DNA of 64,000 nt from Octopus vulgaris (taxonomy: Eukaryota), in the NCBI GenBank assembly GCA_951406725.2, contig OX597815.1, positions 178,436,001 to 178,500,000 of the forward strand, in the 5' to 3' direction. The notes beneath the pieces are model-generated. The model had not been told where the DNA came from. It did no database searches and saw only the letters and a program-made list of their open reading frames with translations. Positions 24,912 to 39,680 of this stretch are shown in pieces; position 1 is the first letter of the stretch; every line of letters starts with the position of its first letter. Both the position numbers and the translations under genes were made by a program.

Positions 24912-25205
24912 CTGCGTAGAAAAGAAGTTCTTTCGTTATAATTTCAGAGAATATACATCTAGAGATTACTAAAAACAGTTCGTTTCTATGAACTTATATT
25001 CAACTCCATTCCTCCTTTAATGCGGATTCGAAAAGTTTTGTAAATTAATGCAGAAAGCATATTCAGTCTGTTTGTATCTTTTATATTTGAAGGTTTCTGT
25101 TTATTAGATATTAAGCTACGGTGTATAAAAGCAGAATTCTTTTACTTACAGCTAACTACACGATCATGTCTAGTTTTCTTAAGTATCTCTTCAACTCGAC
25201 GAGCA

Positions 25206-25600
<395 letters not shown>

Positions 25601-26411
25601 TACGTATATGTAAATGTTTATCTGTGCAGACGTGCATGGATGTATAGAGGCATATACCTTTCGATATATGGAACTGTGTATGTGTGTGTTTTAAGTGAGA
25701 GAAAATTTCGAAACTTCCGTGGAACTCGTCTGAAATACTAATTGCATTAGCAAAGGCTTTTCGAGACAAACAATCCTGCGGTCATCGATAGAAGAGTGTC
25801 GAAACTATCAATTTGAAGAGTTCTGTTACAATAGTTTATGGTGGGGTTTTTTTCTGTTTCATATGTGTGTGTGAGAGAGGGTGTGTGTCTGTGTGCGTAA
25901 GTATTCTCATGTGTGCGCGCACGTGCGGGTGTATTAGCGTCTGTCTGTGTAAGTGTATAGATCGAAATGTATGCATCTGTGCGTATGAAGCTATACATCG
26001 CCTCAATCTCTCTCCCTCTCTGTCTCTCTCTCTCTATATATATATATGTATGTATATTCGCAAACACACTCACACATACACACACTCATATGTATACATA
26101 TATATTCGAGTGTTTGCGCATGAGTATATACGTGTAAATATACATATATGATTGCGCATGTATACACACACACACACATACACATATATATATATACTTA
26201 TATATATACATATATATACATATATATACCTGTATTTAATCCTTACTGAGTTGACTTGAAGCACAAGTTTAACAATAATCAGGAAAATTGCTTGCGAGAA
26301 AGAAGGATACCAAGTAATTGAAATTAAAATAACACTATCCAGATAATTCGATATAAATTTCTGCCATGGATGTTGTAACGTGTTTACATAAATACATAAA
26401 TACTTACATGT

Positions 26412-26462
<51 letters not shown>

Positions 26463-26557
26463 TATGCGTATGATGTACAGAGAGACACACTGAGGGAAAG
26501 AGATAAACGTATATTTGTGCATACATACATACATATATAGATATACATATATACATA

Positions 26558-26615
<58 letters not shown>

Positions 26616-26629
26616 GCACGCTATCGCGA

Positions 26630-27300
26630 AGTTTCTACCGAAAGTAATGCAAAATGGACACACTTTTTCGGTTAATTAATATAGGTTATTGAAACTGCAC
26701 ATGTTGATACAGTAAGTCTTCTATATAATATACAACTAATTTTAGTTTCCGTAACAAGCGATGCATTTGTGCCAAGATTTCGCTCAATTTCTGAATGCTT
26801 CTTGAAATGATTTTGCTCCAAGCTGCCGCACTCACTTCTTCAGAACCATTTTCACCTTTCTTATGTCCTCAAATCTTTTTTCGTCATTGGTCTGAGCAAT
26901 GAGCAGCTGGATAGTCCAGTGGTGCCAGATTTGCGCCGTAATATAGATCATTGATCAGCTCAGTTTGCTAGTTGCCTGATTTATACCAAAGGTGCACATT
27001 GTCATGGTGAATGTCATTTTCAGGTTGTTGGTCAGCTTCCTCCTCCTCCTAATAGTCCTCCAATCTTTTTCTTCGACGCACCGCTGTTCACTGACATGTT
27101 ACAGAAAGGAGAAAGACGCCGTTGTCATCCGGGAAAAACAATCACCACGACTTTTTTACGCCAATCGCTGGCTGTTGAAGTTCTTAGAGCGTTGAGAAGA
27201 GGCATTATACCATTCCATGGGCTCAGTTTTTGTTCCCGGATAATAAACATCTATGTACGTTTCATCCGCTGCCACCAGATTGGAGATAAGAATGTGTCTT
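26630..27300 (-). mobile_element. Highly degenerate mariner catalytic-domain remnant
   Basis: Minus strand gives VAADET..YYPGTKTEPMEWYNASSQRSKNF...KVVVIVF, then HHDNV and YGANLAPLDY (compare TGDETW, HHDNA and YSPDLAPSDY). Confidence 0.7.
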
Positions 27301-27639
27301 CATTGGTTTCAGATAATTCCAGCAAAGCAGACTTCTAGCATTTTTCTCCTTCGCATTGCATATCAAGCGCCGAGCTACTCACTTTTCACCTACGTATGAC
27401 TTCGAATCATATTCAAGCGATTTTATTCTTCAAATCTAAAAGGGTTGACCTTATACTAACATTTAAAAAAATTGATTCAAATAATTGATATTGGAAGTTT
27501 ACGAATTTCTAACCCTAATTCGCGAGGAGAGTTTAAAATTGTACCATTTGTTGTATAAAGAAAACTTCGAGTTTGGAAGCAAAAAATTATGTAAAACCAA
27601 TTTTCACACTTAAAGTTTTACCGCACGATTTTAATACTA

Positions 27640-27992
27640 ATATTAATAACAACAGGATCAAAAAGAAAGAAGAAAAACTAAACAACTTCGACAACTCAAA
27701 GTGGGAAATACGAAGGTTGTGGTCAATGAGAAGAATAGACGTGATACCAGTAATAATTGGTGCACTTGGAAGTATCAGCACTCAACTACCAATATGGCTG
27801 AAAAAGATCGGTGCAAGTGTGATGGTAGAATACCCACAAAAATCAGCATTGCTTGGAACTACAAGAATTCTTCGCAGGGTTCTAGAAGCATGGGCAGTAA
27901 ACAAGTGTCGCCTTAGTCAGCTGGCTGTGGACAGCAGACACTCTCCATCAGGCCAAGCATGATAAGCTGTGAGTTTTCATCAACTAATGATA
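27640..27992 (+). mobile_element. Third Dong/R4-like LINE 3' end
   Basis: KKEEKL......WEIRRLWSMRRIDVIPVIIGALGSI...QKSALLGTTRILRRVLE. Degenerate TAA flanks. Confidence 0.85.
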
Positions 27993-28054
27993 AGTAGTAG
28001 TAGTAGTAGTAGTAGGAGGAGGAGGAGAAGAAGAAGAACAACAACAACAACAAC

Positions 28055-28556
28055 AACAAGAGAATGCCATGATAAAACGGTGACAAGAAAAGCCCTTACA
28101 TGAGAAATACTGAAATAAGTTAAAGAATTGAAATAAAAAAATAAAAATTCCAAGACTAGCTGCGAAATGCCAGACTGAGAGAAGTGACTGACGGGTTCTT
28201 AATTATGGAAGAAGACCAAATCCTCCCCATCAAAACATAATGAAAGTGCATATGGCAGCAGAACATGTGGTGATGAAGAAGAAACAATAAATCACATGAT
28301 ATGTGGATGCCCTGTCTTGACCATGAAGAAATGCACCCAAAGACATAACAGAGTTCGATTTGTTATACACTGGAATTTGTGCCAACACTATAGAAAAGCC
28401 AGAGAAAAAGATGGTAAAGCTATACTTAAACAAAAAATGGTTCCAGAAAATGACAGAGGAAGCATATTCTAGGATATGCCAGTGCACACTAAAAGGGAGA
28501 TTAAGGACAATTAACCAGATATTGTTGTCAAGGACCACCAAGAAATATACGTCCTA
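28055..28556 (+). mobile_element. Dong/R4-like LINE internal fragment (zinc knuckle and start of the RLE domain)
   Basis: Degenerate RTCGDEEETINHMICGCPVL..K.CTQRHNRV...HWNLCQHY and KPDIVVKD. Confidence 0.75.
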
Positions 28557-29083
28557 ATCCATATACCTCAAAGACTAGGTAATTCAGTTGATGGAACAAC
28601 TAAATACTCATCGTCGAAACTAACGGAAATCCATTCACTTTTTTTTTTTCTTAGCTACAGTTACACGAGTACAGAATGTTACTCGGTTTTCTACATCCAG
28701 ATCTCTTCTCGTTGAAAAAGTCTTTGACATATCTGTTAGGATTTAGTTGTATTAGTACCGGAAACAAAATACATTGACCCCAGCAAATAGGGATTAATTG
28801 TAATGAAACAAAATGCCTTAAGGACAGTTTGTTTTGCTCTGGTTTTGGGGAGTGGTTTTGTTTTGTTTCGTTTTCTTTTTATATACAAACAGATCTCTGA
28901 GTTTCTTTTGCCTTTCATTTTACGTTGAAAATCTAACGAAAGTATAAATGCTGTTTCAGTAAATTCGTTGCTCAGTTATATTTCTTTATTCATTTATTTA
29001 TTGATTTGCGAATGTTTCAAGCAAATCACCATAGATTCACATATCTATTTCAAATTACGCACATCTATATGTGGATGTTTGTC

Positions 29084-29118
<35 letters not shown>

Positions 29119-30529
29119 GTGCGTGCGATTATGTAAACATGGAAGTGTGTGTGTGTGTTTTTATCAGATGATTGGTGAGAAAGAAGTGGGGGGAGGCAGA
29201 ATAAAGTTTATCTGATTTGTAATTGGTAACGTATCTCATTTAAATAAACCATTCTTAACATTCAAGACAGCTATTGTCTTTTAGAATTCGATTTCTATCT
29301 GGCATTTTGAAGAAACCCAGTTAACTAACGCAATGCACTGAATACAAATAAATATGCGGGTTGAAATCCAATTATATTTCGTCTCGCACAGAAATTAGGC
29401 CCACGAGAACCTTTCGGAAGCTTAAGGTAAAACTGGAAGACAGACTTCAGTGTTATTCAATGATTCACCAGTCTTCGCTCACCTAACCTTCCTAATGTTA
29501 GTAGGTGAAATCTAATTAATAAAATATGAAGAAGCAGATACTAGAAACTATTTGCCTAATGATACAGGGTTGATAGCAGTATGATAATTACCAATTAAGG
29601 AGACGGTAAATGGCATATCCGTTAGCGATCCAAACAAAGACTTACAAATATTTCATCCGGCACTTTTCATTCTGAGTTCAAATCTTATCGAGATCACTTT
29701 AACTTTCATCATTCCGACAATAGAAAGGAACAACGTACCTGTCCTGGGCGGGAGTTAGGTAGAATTGTTTGCGCGTTGCGTAAAGGAATTTTAATGTTCT
29801 GGATGTCCCATTATGAAAGGCGAAGTTGTTCGTAGATAGTGGCATGTAAAAACACAATCTGAAGGAAAGGAACGGCAAGTCAGCTTTGTATTTCTACACG
29901 AAAATTTCCTGACAAGAACATAACACATCTCAAGATGATGGCACAATAAAGATAGGCCCAATATTGCGTGGGTTAATTGTAGAAACAATCCAAACGCGTG
30001 TCATTTCACTGTAACTAAAAGTAATTACTTTTATTCAAGAAGAATAAAAGTTGTGACTTTATTCTTCTAGACTTCGTAGCTTTATTCTTCCAGGTTCTGG
30101 CTTGTCTTTGATAGAAACGGTTGCTTAACCGAAATCCTTTTTGTTGTTGAATGGGACAACTCTTCCTTCCACTCTCGTTTCTTGAGATTTACTCAAAACC
30201 TTATTGAATATGCATAATACAAATGCATATACTACAAGCAATGACCGGGTGAAGAAGTTATATACGTGTGTGTGTGTGTGTGTATGTGTGTGTGTGTGTG
30301 TGTGTGCGCGTGTGCGCGTGTGTGTGTGTGTGTCAGTGCGGGCGTGAGTACGTATATGTGTGTACCGAATTAGATCGTCTGCGGACCCATACCGTTTAGA
30401 CAGGACAGTACACCTAATTCGTCCTCATGCAAATAAATACCGATGCCTTATTGATGTAAAAAGGGTCTTGATTAGATTAGATTATTTTGGGAAACAGATT
30501 CAAGTCATAGCTGTGGAGTGCCAATGTCA

Positions 30530-30918
30530 TCATCATCATCATTGTTCGACCGTGGTCGAGACAATGGAATTTACCATGCTACGCCAAACTTCACGGTCCA
30601 TCATGGCATTACGGAGGTCCTGCTGTTGGATGCCTGTATCCCTGGAGATTACATCAGGGTAGGAGAGTGTGCGCCCTCTGGTATTGCGAGTAGATGGCCT
30701 CCTGAGGAGTAGAGTATAAATTACCTCTTTTTCAGCTCTACAACAATGTCCAGCAAACTGGACTCTCCTACATTTCACAAGAGATGACACAGGTGGTAGT
30801 TTCCCATATATTTACATTTTGGTTGGATGGCGCCTCCACGAGAGATTTTGAGCTCTCATAAGGAGACGAGTGTAGGTTCCATCCAACCGCCTCTCAAGCT
30901 TCTTTGATAACGTCCAGG
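30530..30918 (-). mobile_element. 5'-truncated RTE-type LINE 3' end with a 10-bp target duplication
   Basis: WTLSKKLERRLDGTYTRLL...RRVQFAGHCCR...AMMDREVWRSMV, (TGA)n tail, TSD GCCAATGTCA at 30520-30529 and 30919-30928. Confidence 0.9.
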
Positions 30919-31290
30919 GCCAATGTCAGGTCATCACGTTTTTGGAGAGAATCTTCTGGCCGACTCCATATCTTACTCTGACCACTTGAAGGAGCTAGAT
31001 TGCTCAGGAATGGTTTTTATAGATGAGTTCACCAACTTTTTTTCCCATTGTTCGGTATTTTATTAATGATTAATCAATCTGAAGGCTCATCAATTTCAAC
31101 TGGCACTCCACAGGCGTTGAAACTCTCGCACTACACAAAACCTGTATTGTGCCTAAATAAAGATCAGCAAAAGCGCAATAAGCATTTCGAGAATCTCGAT
31201 GGCAGATTTGACACGATTTGTGCAAAATTAGACACGGGCACATTTCTTGAATTTGAAAATCACCGTAAAAATTATAGCTCTATTCTTATA

Positions 31291-31507
31291 TTCCTTTCTA
31301 CTCTAGGCAAAGGCCCGAAATTTTTGGAGAGGGGTGCCAGTCGGTTAGATCGACCCCAATACGCAACTGGTACTTAATTTATCGACCTCTGAAACGATGA
31401 AATGCAAAGTCGACCTCGGCGGAATTTGAACTCAGAACATAAAGACAGACGAAATACTGCTAAGCATTTCGCCCGGTGTGCTATCGTTTCTGGCAGCTTG
31501 CTGCCTT
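31291..31507 (-). mobile_element. SINE family 1, standard tail
   Basis: Collinear with the reverse complement of 9296-9514. Confidence 0.9.
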
Positions 31508-31969
31508 AGATCCGATCTTATATTACAAAATTTCGCTTAAAATTCAATAATTGAAGACCAGTAGATAGTATGAAACCTATTAAGGCCGATCACCAATGAG
31601 TGCCAGCTGCGCACGCATTCACTTCCGTTGTACGCTCACGCTAGTGCAGTTCGGAAATTTTCTGATTACCCGTCCTATACATACAATTTTAGCGTATATT
31701 TTATTTGCTATTTCCTTGTTTTACTTCCTAGAACCTGTAATATCATCCTCCTTGTATTCGCTTATAGTTTTCCTGCAAACTGTTTTTCTTTCTCTACCCT
31801 CGTCTCAAAGTTTTTCTCAAACTGCTTTCATTTTCTTTCCTCTCTGAATTCTTTTTTTTTTTTATTTACCTTTTATTTTAGGCTAAATGGTTTATCTGAT
31901 TTTTTGTTCTTATTTTTACTTCGACTCTTTCTTTCTCTCTCTTTCTTTCTTTCTATCTCTCTCTCTTTC

Positions 31970-32034
<65 letters not shown>

Positions 32035-32746
32035 TTTCGTTTCATTAATTTTTCTGTCAAAACCACTGAAGTATTTTTCAAATATGTCAATTTCCCAGAA
32101 ATAAATATTTGAAAAGGATTTTTCGTTGTTGTCTTCCTTTCCTTTCTTTTTTTTTTGGGGTTTTTTTTTGTTTGTTTGTTTCTCACAATTGTCTTTTTAA
32201 TGAAATATGGTAAAACATTTCAAAGCTTTTCTTAATTTAGAGAAATGTTAAACCCTAATCTGATAGAAAATCATAATATTGAAAGAAACTATAGTCCTAC
32301 GTTAGTAATAAAATCCCCTGGAGACATGTACAAATATTCCACGATTAATATTTTTTAGGGAAACAAGAATAGAATCGTTGCTTTTTTTTGCTTCTTTTTT
32401 TTTGGGGGGGGAGTGTTCATAAATCTAGAGAAGCTAAAAGGAAAATATAAGAAAATCTAATTTAATTCCCAAACAAATTTCATATTGTATAGCCCCAGGT
32501 AAGCTCTGATCGGGCGGATTTAGGATCAAAGTGACTACCCTAGATTCTTTTTGTCTTCAGACAGTTTATCAAGGAATACATTATTAAATGTTTCGTATTC
32601 TGAAGATGTTAGGATGTGATTAGTAGATTTCTTTAAGATTGAAGGACCATATAGTGATTCTTTGGTTAGGTATAAACGCCTTTCGAAAACTTCCGGCTGT
32701 AAGAGTTTCTTTGCAGATTTATCAAGTTTTATATGAATATAGGCAC

Positions 32747-32819
<73 letters not shown>

Positions 32820-33320
32820 ATGTATGGAATAAACGGGGAAGGTGAGAATCGGTGAAAAATTCGTGTATGACAGTCATAAAAAGACAGTGAGGGATTGAGT
32901 TTTCTTTAACATTTCAAAAAGCATAAGTCACTAATGGTCAAAAGAAATTAGAAATTAGGTACGACTCTTCCCGATGGACAGACTTCTTATCATCAAGGGT
33001 ACGTTACTATTATATTCGTATCGCTGCTCATTTTACCCAAAGAAAACGGTTCACTATGTTCTTAAGGATTGGTATAAAATAACTAATCTATTAGAAATAG
33101 CATTTATACTGAAGCAAAATTCATGTCTATACCATTGTACACCATCTATATGTGTATACGTAAACTAACTATGACTTAACTTTCCTCTCGCACCGTCTGC
33201 GATGAAGGGATATTATTAATAAATATCCTAGATACAGCAGTAAGACCTTCTATCTATAAATGCTCTAATATCTATACAGCCTTGGTTTTTTATCTTATTT
33301 GGCAAAACATTCTTATATAC

Positions 33321-33358
<38 letters not shown>

Positions 33359-33380
33359 GTATATAATACATATTTCAATA

Positions 33381-33580
33381 TGTGACCGCGTGTGTATCGT
33401 TGGCGATTTTTTTCCTCCGTCTTCCTTTCCTTGGAACTTTCCTTTTTCTATGTTTCTGAAGAAGAGCGTAGGCTCGAAACGTAAAAGACTTTCTCACCTT
33501 CCCGATCGCCAAACTAATACACCTGTTTGTCGTTTATACACCTGGCTTTGTCATTTGTTTTCCTGTAAATTCCAACTATA
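33381..33580 (+). mobile_element. About 200-bp hammerhead-bearing repeat, copy 2
   Basis: Starts GTGACCGCGTGTGTA.CGTTGGCGATTTTT like 48130. TA-rich flanks. Confidence 0.8.
33452..33487 (+). ncRNA. Minimal type I hammerhead motif
   Basis: ttt-CTGAAGA-a-gagc-gtag-gctc-GAAA-cg-TA-aaa with a GUA cleavage triplet. Confidence 0.75.
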
Positions 33581-33744
33581 TATATACATGCCGATTCCAC
33601 GAATAGAGACTGCACATGGTCAAACGAGTGAGTATTCATCGTCAGAACCGTCAGTGATCCAGTCCCTTTTTGCACACACATATTTCACATGTATATCATT
33701 TAGCAGTAAATGACAATAAACAAAAAAGCTATTTCAATTAACTA

Positions 33745-33860
33745 GTCCGGGTTCAGTCCCATTGCGTGGCACCTTGGGTAAGTGTCTTCTACTAGAGCCT
33801 CAGGCCTACCAAAGGGCCTTGGAAGTGGATTTGGTTGACGGAAACTGAAAGAAGCCCGTC

Positions 33861-33912
<52 letters not shown>

Positions 33913-34208
33913 ATGTATGTATGTTTGTATGTATGTATGTATGTATGTATGTATGTATGTATGTATGTATGTATGCATGTATGTATATATGTATGCATGT
34001 ATGTATGTGTTTATGTGTCTGTGTTTCCCCTCACCAGCGCTTGACAACCGATGTTGGTGTGTTTACGTCCTAGGTTAGGCAAAACAGACCGATAGGATAA
34101 GTACTAGTCTTACAAAGAATAAGTCCTGGGGTCGATTTGTTCGACTAGAGTCAGTGTTCCAGTATGGCCGCAGTCAAATGACAGAAACAATTAAAAGAAT
34201 AAAAGAAT
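33745..34208 (+). mobile_element. SINE family 2, 5'-truncated, with an expanded internal microsatellite
   Basis: Collinear with 45590-45943. Confidence 0.9.
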
Positions 34209-34699
34209 GTACAGAGATGTTGGCCGGAGATGGATAGCATACGGTGGTCGCAGCTATTCATGATTCAAATGTGAACGTTGGTCATTTATTAAAAAAGACT
34301 AGCAAAATACGATTATCTTATCGGCCCCCGTAACCAATGGCGTTTCAGCTGTAACCATCCACTTCTTAACGAATATCAAGGATAAAATTTTCTTTAAGAA
34401 GCTAGAGTGTGTTTTGAGTGAGTTTCGGATGCTAATTTTAGCATCCGATGAGATGATGTAGAGATATGATTATAAGACAGAATGGCGTATTTCTCTTGTT
34501 TTCTAAACTTTGTCAGCACATAGACTTCAATACAGAACTGCAACGTATCGATACACACACCTGTCATATAACAACTTAAAGGTGTGGAGCGACCAGATAC
34601 AATATAATTCAGAGTGTTTTCTTCGTTATGGTGATTGGAGGTCCAAAACTCTCTCGGTGTAGCGTTACATGTTGTAACACTGTGTTCATAGGGACAAAT

Positions 34700-35296
34700 G
34701 TTGGTTTTAAATTTTGACACAAGGCCAGTAATTTCGGGAGAGTCGTTAAGTCGATCACATCGACTCCACTGCCTAACTGAAACTTATTTTATCGACCATG
34801 AAACGATAGAATTTGAACTCAAAACGTGAAGACGGACGAAACGTGGCTAAGCATTTTGTCTGGCGAGTTAATAATTCTTATTTATTTATTGCCCACAAGG
34901 AGCTAAATACAGAGGGGACAAACAAGGACAGACAAAGGGATTTGTCGATTACATCGACCCTAGTCCGAAAATGTAACTTTATTTATCGACTCCAAAAGGA
35001 TGAAAGGCAAAGTCGACATCGGCGGAATTTGAACTCAGAACGTAACGGCTGACGAAATACCTATTTCTTTACTACCCACAAGGGGCTAAACACAGAGAAG
35101 ACAAATAAGGACAGACAAAGGGATGAAGTCGATTATATCGACCCCAGTGCGAAATTGGTACTTATTTAATCGACCCCGGAAGGGATGAAAGGCAAAGTCG
35201 ACCTCAGCGGAATTTGAACTCAGAACGTAAAGACAGACGAAAAACCACTAAGCAATTCGTCCGGCGTGCTAACGTTTCTGCCAGCTCGCCGCCCTT
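34700..35296 (-). mobile_element. SINE family 1 trimer carrying three different tails
   Basis: Junctions at 35062/35061 (…GTAGTAAAGAAATA|GGTATTTCG) and 34879/34878 (…GGCAATAAATAAATA|AGAATTATTAAC). Confidence 0.88.
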
Positions 35297-35607
35297 CATT
35301 ACGACAGATATTGTTGATTATAGCGAGTATTTACCCTCCAAATAAGATGGACTTTCATTTTAATAAGAACTACGTAGTTTCTCTCAGCTACAATGTTCAG
35401 TACAGTGGTTATGAAATATTGTCTCAGTTATTGGCTGAGCCAGAAGCAACAAATCATGCTGAAGGTTCATAGATTGAAAACATAAGCTTTTGTGATTTTA
35501 ATAATTGCTGCTATGCAAATTAAATTACAGTGTAACTCGAAGAAAAGCATACGGAAACCTAGTCAAGTAAAACAACAAAAAAATACAGACACGTAAACAA
35601 TAAAATT

Positions 35608-35609
35608 TA

Positions 35610-35669
<60 letters not shown>

Positions 35670-35986
35670 ATGTGCGTGTGTGTGTGCGTGTTTGCATAAA
35701 TAAATACTTTCTTTGACGCATGTCGAACATACACATCGAAAGACAGACATATACACACGTATAGGAATATACACGTAAGTACATATATATATATATGTAT
35801 ATATATATGCACACATATATATATATGTATATATATAAATATATATATATGTTTATATGTATATATATATATGTATATATGTATATATCTATATATATCT
35901 ATATATGTATATATATGTATATATATGTGTATATATGTATATGTTTATGTATGTGTATGCGCACACATACATATATATGTATATGA

Positions 35987-36036
<50 letters not shown>

Positions 36037-36093
36037 GTGTGCATGTCATTGTAATTATGTATGTATATATGTATGTATATGTTAGTTTGTATG

Positions 36094-36126
<33 letters not shown>

Positions 36127-36462
36127 GTAAGTATATAATTAAGATATCACTGAATACAAAGAAAGGCATAAGCAATCTCATTTTCTGATTTAGTGTTGTT
36201 CTCCATTTTGTATGATTATTTTATGATTTTCTTTGTTTTGTTTTGCTTTGTTTTTTTTGTTTTTCTTTTGACTTTGTTTTTGCTGCTGTTGTTTGTGTCT
36301 TTGTTTTTTTGTTGTTTTTTTTATTTTTTCATTTTCCTTTCTTTTCGGCGTCAAAGCATTTGACTGATTTGACATCGGAGGTTAAATTGAAATGGAAATT
36401 TTGGAACGAATTAAAAAAAAATATTAATCAAATTCTCGGGAATAATATATGCTAGTATGAAA

Positions 36463-36500
<38 letters not shown>

Positions 36501-36502
36501 TT

Positions 36503-36556
<54 letters not shown>

Positions 36557-36651
36557 ATATACATATATATATTCATATTTATGTATATATATATAATATA
36601 TGTATTTTTCTATATGTATATAAAATAATATGTATATAATATAAAAACAAC

Positions 36652-36716
<65 letters not shown>

Positions 36717-36942
36717 CATATATATATATTAACGTATGTATACATGTGTGTATACATACACACACATAGATGTATATGCAAGTTTTTGTCGATGTGTATA
36801 TATTTTCTATAAGCGTCAAAACAAGTAACATTTATACTATTTATACAACAAATATGTGGGTGTATATAGATAGATAGAGAGAGAGAGAAAGAGGGTGTCT
36901 ATATGCATATATACATACGAATATATACATATGTTTATGCAT

Positions 36943-36987
<45 letters not shown>

Positions 36988-37270
36988 TATTTATATATAT
37001 ATATATATATATTACGTAGGTGAACGAATGTGTGCTCTTGTGTGTGTATATACATACATACATACATTTAAATAGTACTTTAATGAGCTCTCGCGTGTTA
37101 TTATGTTGGTGTATATTAGTAATCTTGTTTCTATCACTCACTATGTTACATTATATATTCACATATGCGCATTTGCATAATATTCTATTTAATTCTACAT
37201 ATATATGTGTGTGTATATGTATGTATATGTATATATATATATATAGGTATATATAGGTATATATGTATAT

Positions 37271-37326
<56 letters not shown>

Positions 37327-37690
37327 TACCATTTACAACTCTACATATGTGTATATTTCTTCTATGCATATATGACTGTGTTGTGTGTGCATAATACGTA
37401 CGTACATGAGTATATACCTATAGCTGCAGTTGTCTCATATACTTATCTTGCTCAATGATGGGGTGGAAAGCGAACATGAATTCCGTATTGTATTTACATG
37501 TAAATGGTTGCCTGCAAAGAACAGGGCGATCGCATTCAATTGGATTTTATTGCATTTCATTGTATTTTCTTGTATTTCATTTGCAGCTAGTATCTTCTTT
37601 TGTACGATTTCAATTTATTTTACAAGCTTCCGTATATTTATTATGGCACTGAAAGAAATCTATATTGCACACGTAATGAGTGTGTGTGTA

Positions 37691-37773
<83 letters not shown>

Positions 37774-37942
37774 GTAGCGTTTGTTTGTATGAGAGTGTGC
37801 ATATGCTCATAAATAATTTGAAATGTGCATTTATGCATGGATAGATACAGATATATATAATATTATATCCATTTATGTATCTAAAGAAAAAGTGAAATAG
37901 AGAGAAAGTGAATGAGATGTGTATCACCGAATTTTACGTCTC

Positions 37943-37991
<49 letters not shown>

Positions 37992-38043
37992 CCCTCTCGC
38001 TCTCTCACCAAATACATACACACACACATACCTATATATATAT

Positions 38044-38076
<33 letters not shown>

Positions 38077-38217
38077 TACATATATACATACATATATATA
38101 TACATATATACATACATATATATATACATATATACATACATATATATATATACGTATATACATACATATATATATATACATATATACATACATATATATA
38201 TATACGTATATACATAC

Positions 38218-38252
<35 letters not shown>

Positions 38253-38257
38253 CATAC

Positions 38258-38288
<31 letters not shown>

Positions 38289-38338
38289 CATACATACATA
38301 CATACATATATATATACATGTATACATACATATATATA

Positions 38339-38369
<31 letters not shown>

Positions 38370-38810
38370 ATACATATATACATACATATATATATACATA
38401 TACATATATACATACATATATACATACATATATATATACATATATATATACATATATATATACATACATACATATGTAAACATATACATATATATATATA
38501 TATATATACTCATACATATTGATATATATATATATATGCCCCTATGTCTGTTGGTGCTTGTATTTACTTGTATGTAAATATATGGGTGTTTTTTTGTTCC
38601 TGTTTTCTATAAGTGAATGTTCCTTGCATCTCTTCCGGGATGTAGGCTCATGGAAGATTTCCCATAGGTGTTTCTTCTGATGCTCCGCCGCTTTTTACTT
38701 TAAATCACTGCTAAATATATACACGTAGAACAACGCACATATTTTTCTTACAATGCGCCATATTTGTGTAATGCTCTTAACTTTATCTGCCGATATACCT
38801 GCACGTTATG

Positions 38811-38883
<73 letters not shown>

Positions 38884-39410
38884 GTGTGGTTGTCTATCTG
38901 TATGTATATATATGTGTGTGTGTATCTGTATGTATGTATACATGTGTATGTGTGTGTATCTATATCTATGTACATATATGTGTGTGTGTATCTGTGTATA
39001 TGTATCTGTATGTATGTACATATATGTGTGTGTGTATCAGTATATATATATATATATATATGGGTGGGTGTGTATCTGTATGCATGTATATATGTGTGTG
39101 TGCGTGTATCTGTATGTATATATACATGTGTGTGTGTGTGTGTGTGTATCTGTATGTATGTATATATATATATATATATTTGTGTGTGTGTATCTGTATG
39201 TATATATGCATAAATATATGTGCGTGTGTGTGTATGTATATGCATTTGTATATGCCATACATACACACACATATTAGTAAATATATACCTGTGTATTTAC
39301 TCAATATGCCGATATGTTTGTATGTACTTTCTACCTGTGGATAATGGATATGTGAATGCAAGCACACCCATCATATTGATGTACGCTACGTACACTCCTG
39401 CAACAGATAT

Positions 39411-39479
<69 letters not shown>

Positions 39480-39680
39480 CATACATGCGTATACATTCAC
39501 CCACGCTCACATATGCTCAAACTCGTACATATGCATATGTGTGTGTTTGTGTGTTTGTGTGTGTATACATACATAGATAGACACATACACACATCCATCT
39601 ATACATACATACATACATACATACATACATACATACATACATACATACATACATACATACATACATGCATATATACATCT
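35608..39680. repeat. About 4-kb field dominated by degenerate (TA)/(CA)/(TACA)/(TG) microsatellites
   Basis: Direct inspection. It explains the dense YI/HT/CV ORFs. Confidence 0.93.

Noticed and set aside
37881-39367. Long ORFs (130-221 aa) of YIYI/HTHT/CVCV
   Set aside because: These are translations of dinucleotide microsatellites, open on both strands only because the repeats lack stop codons.
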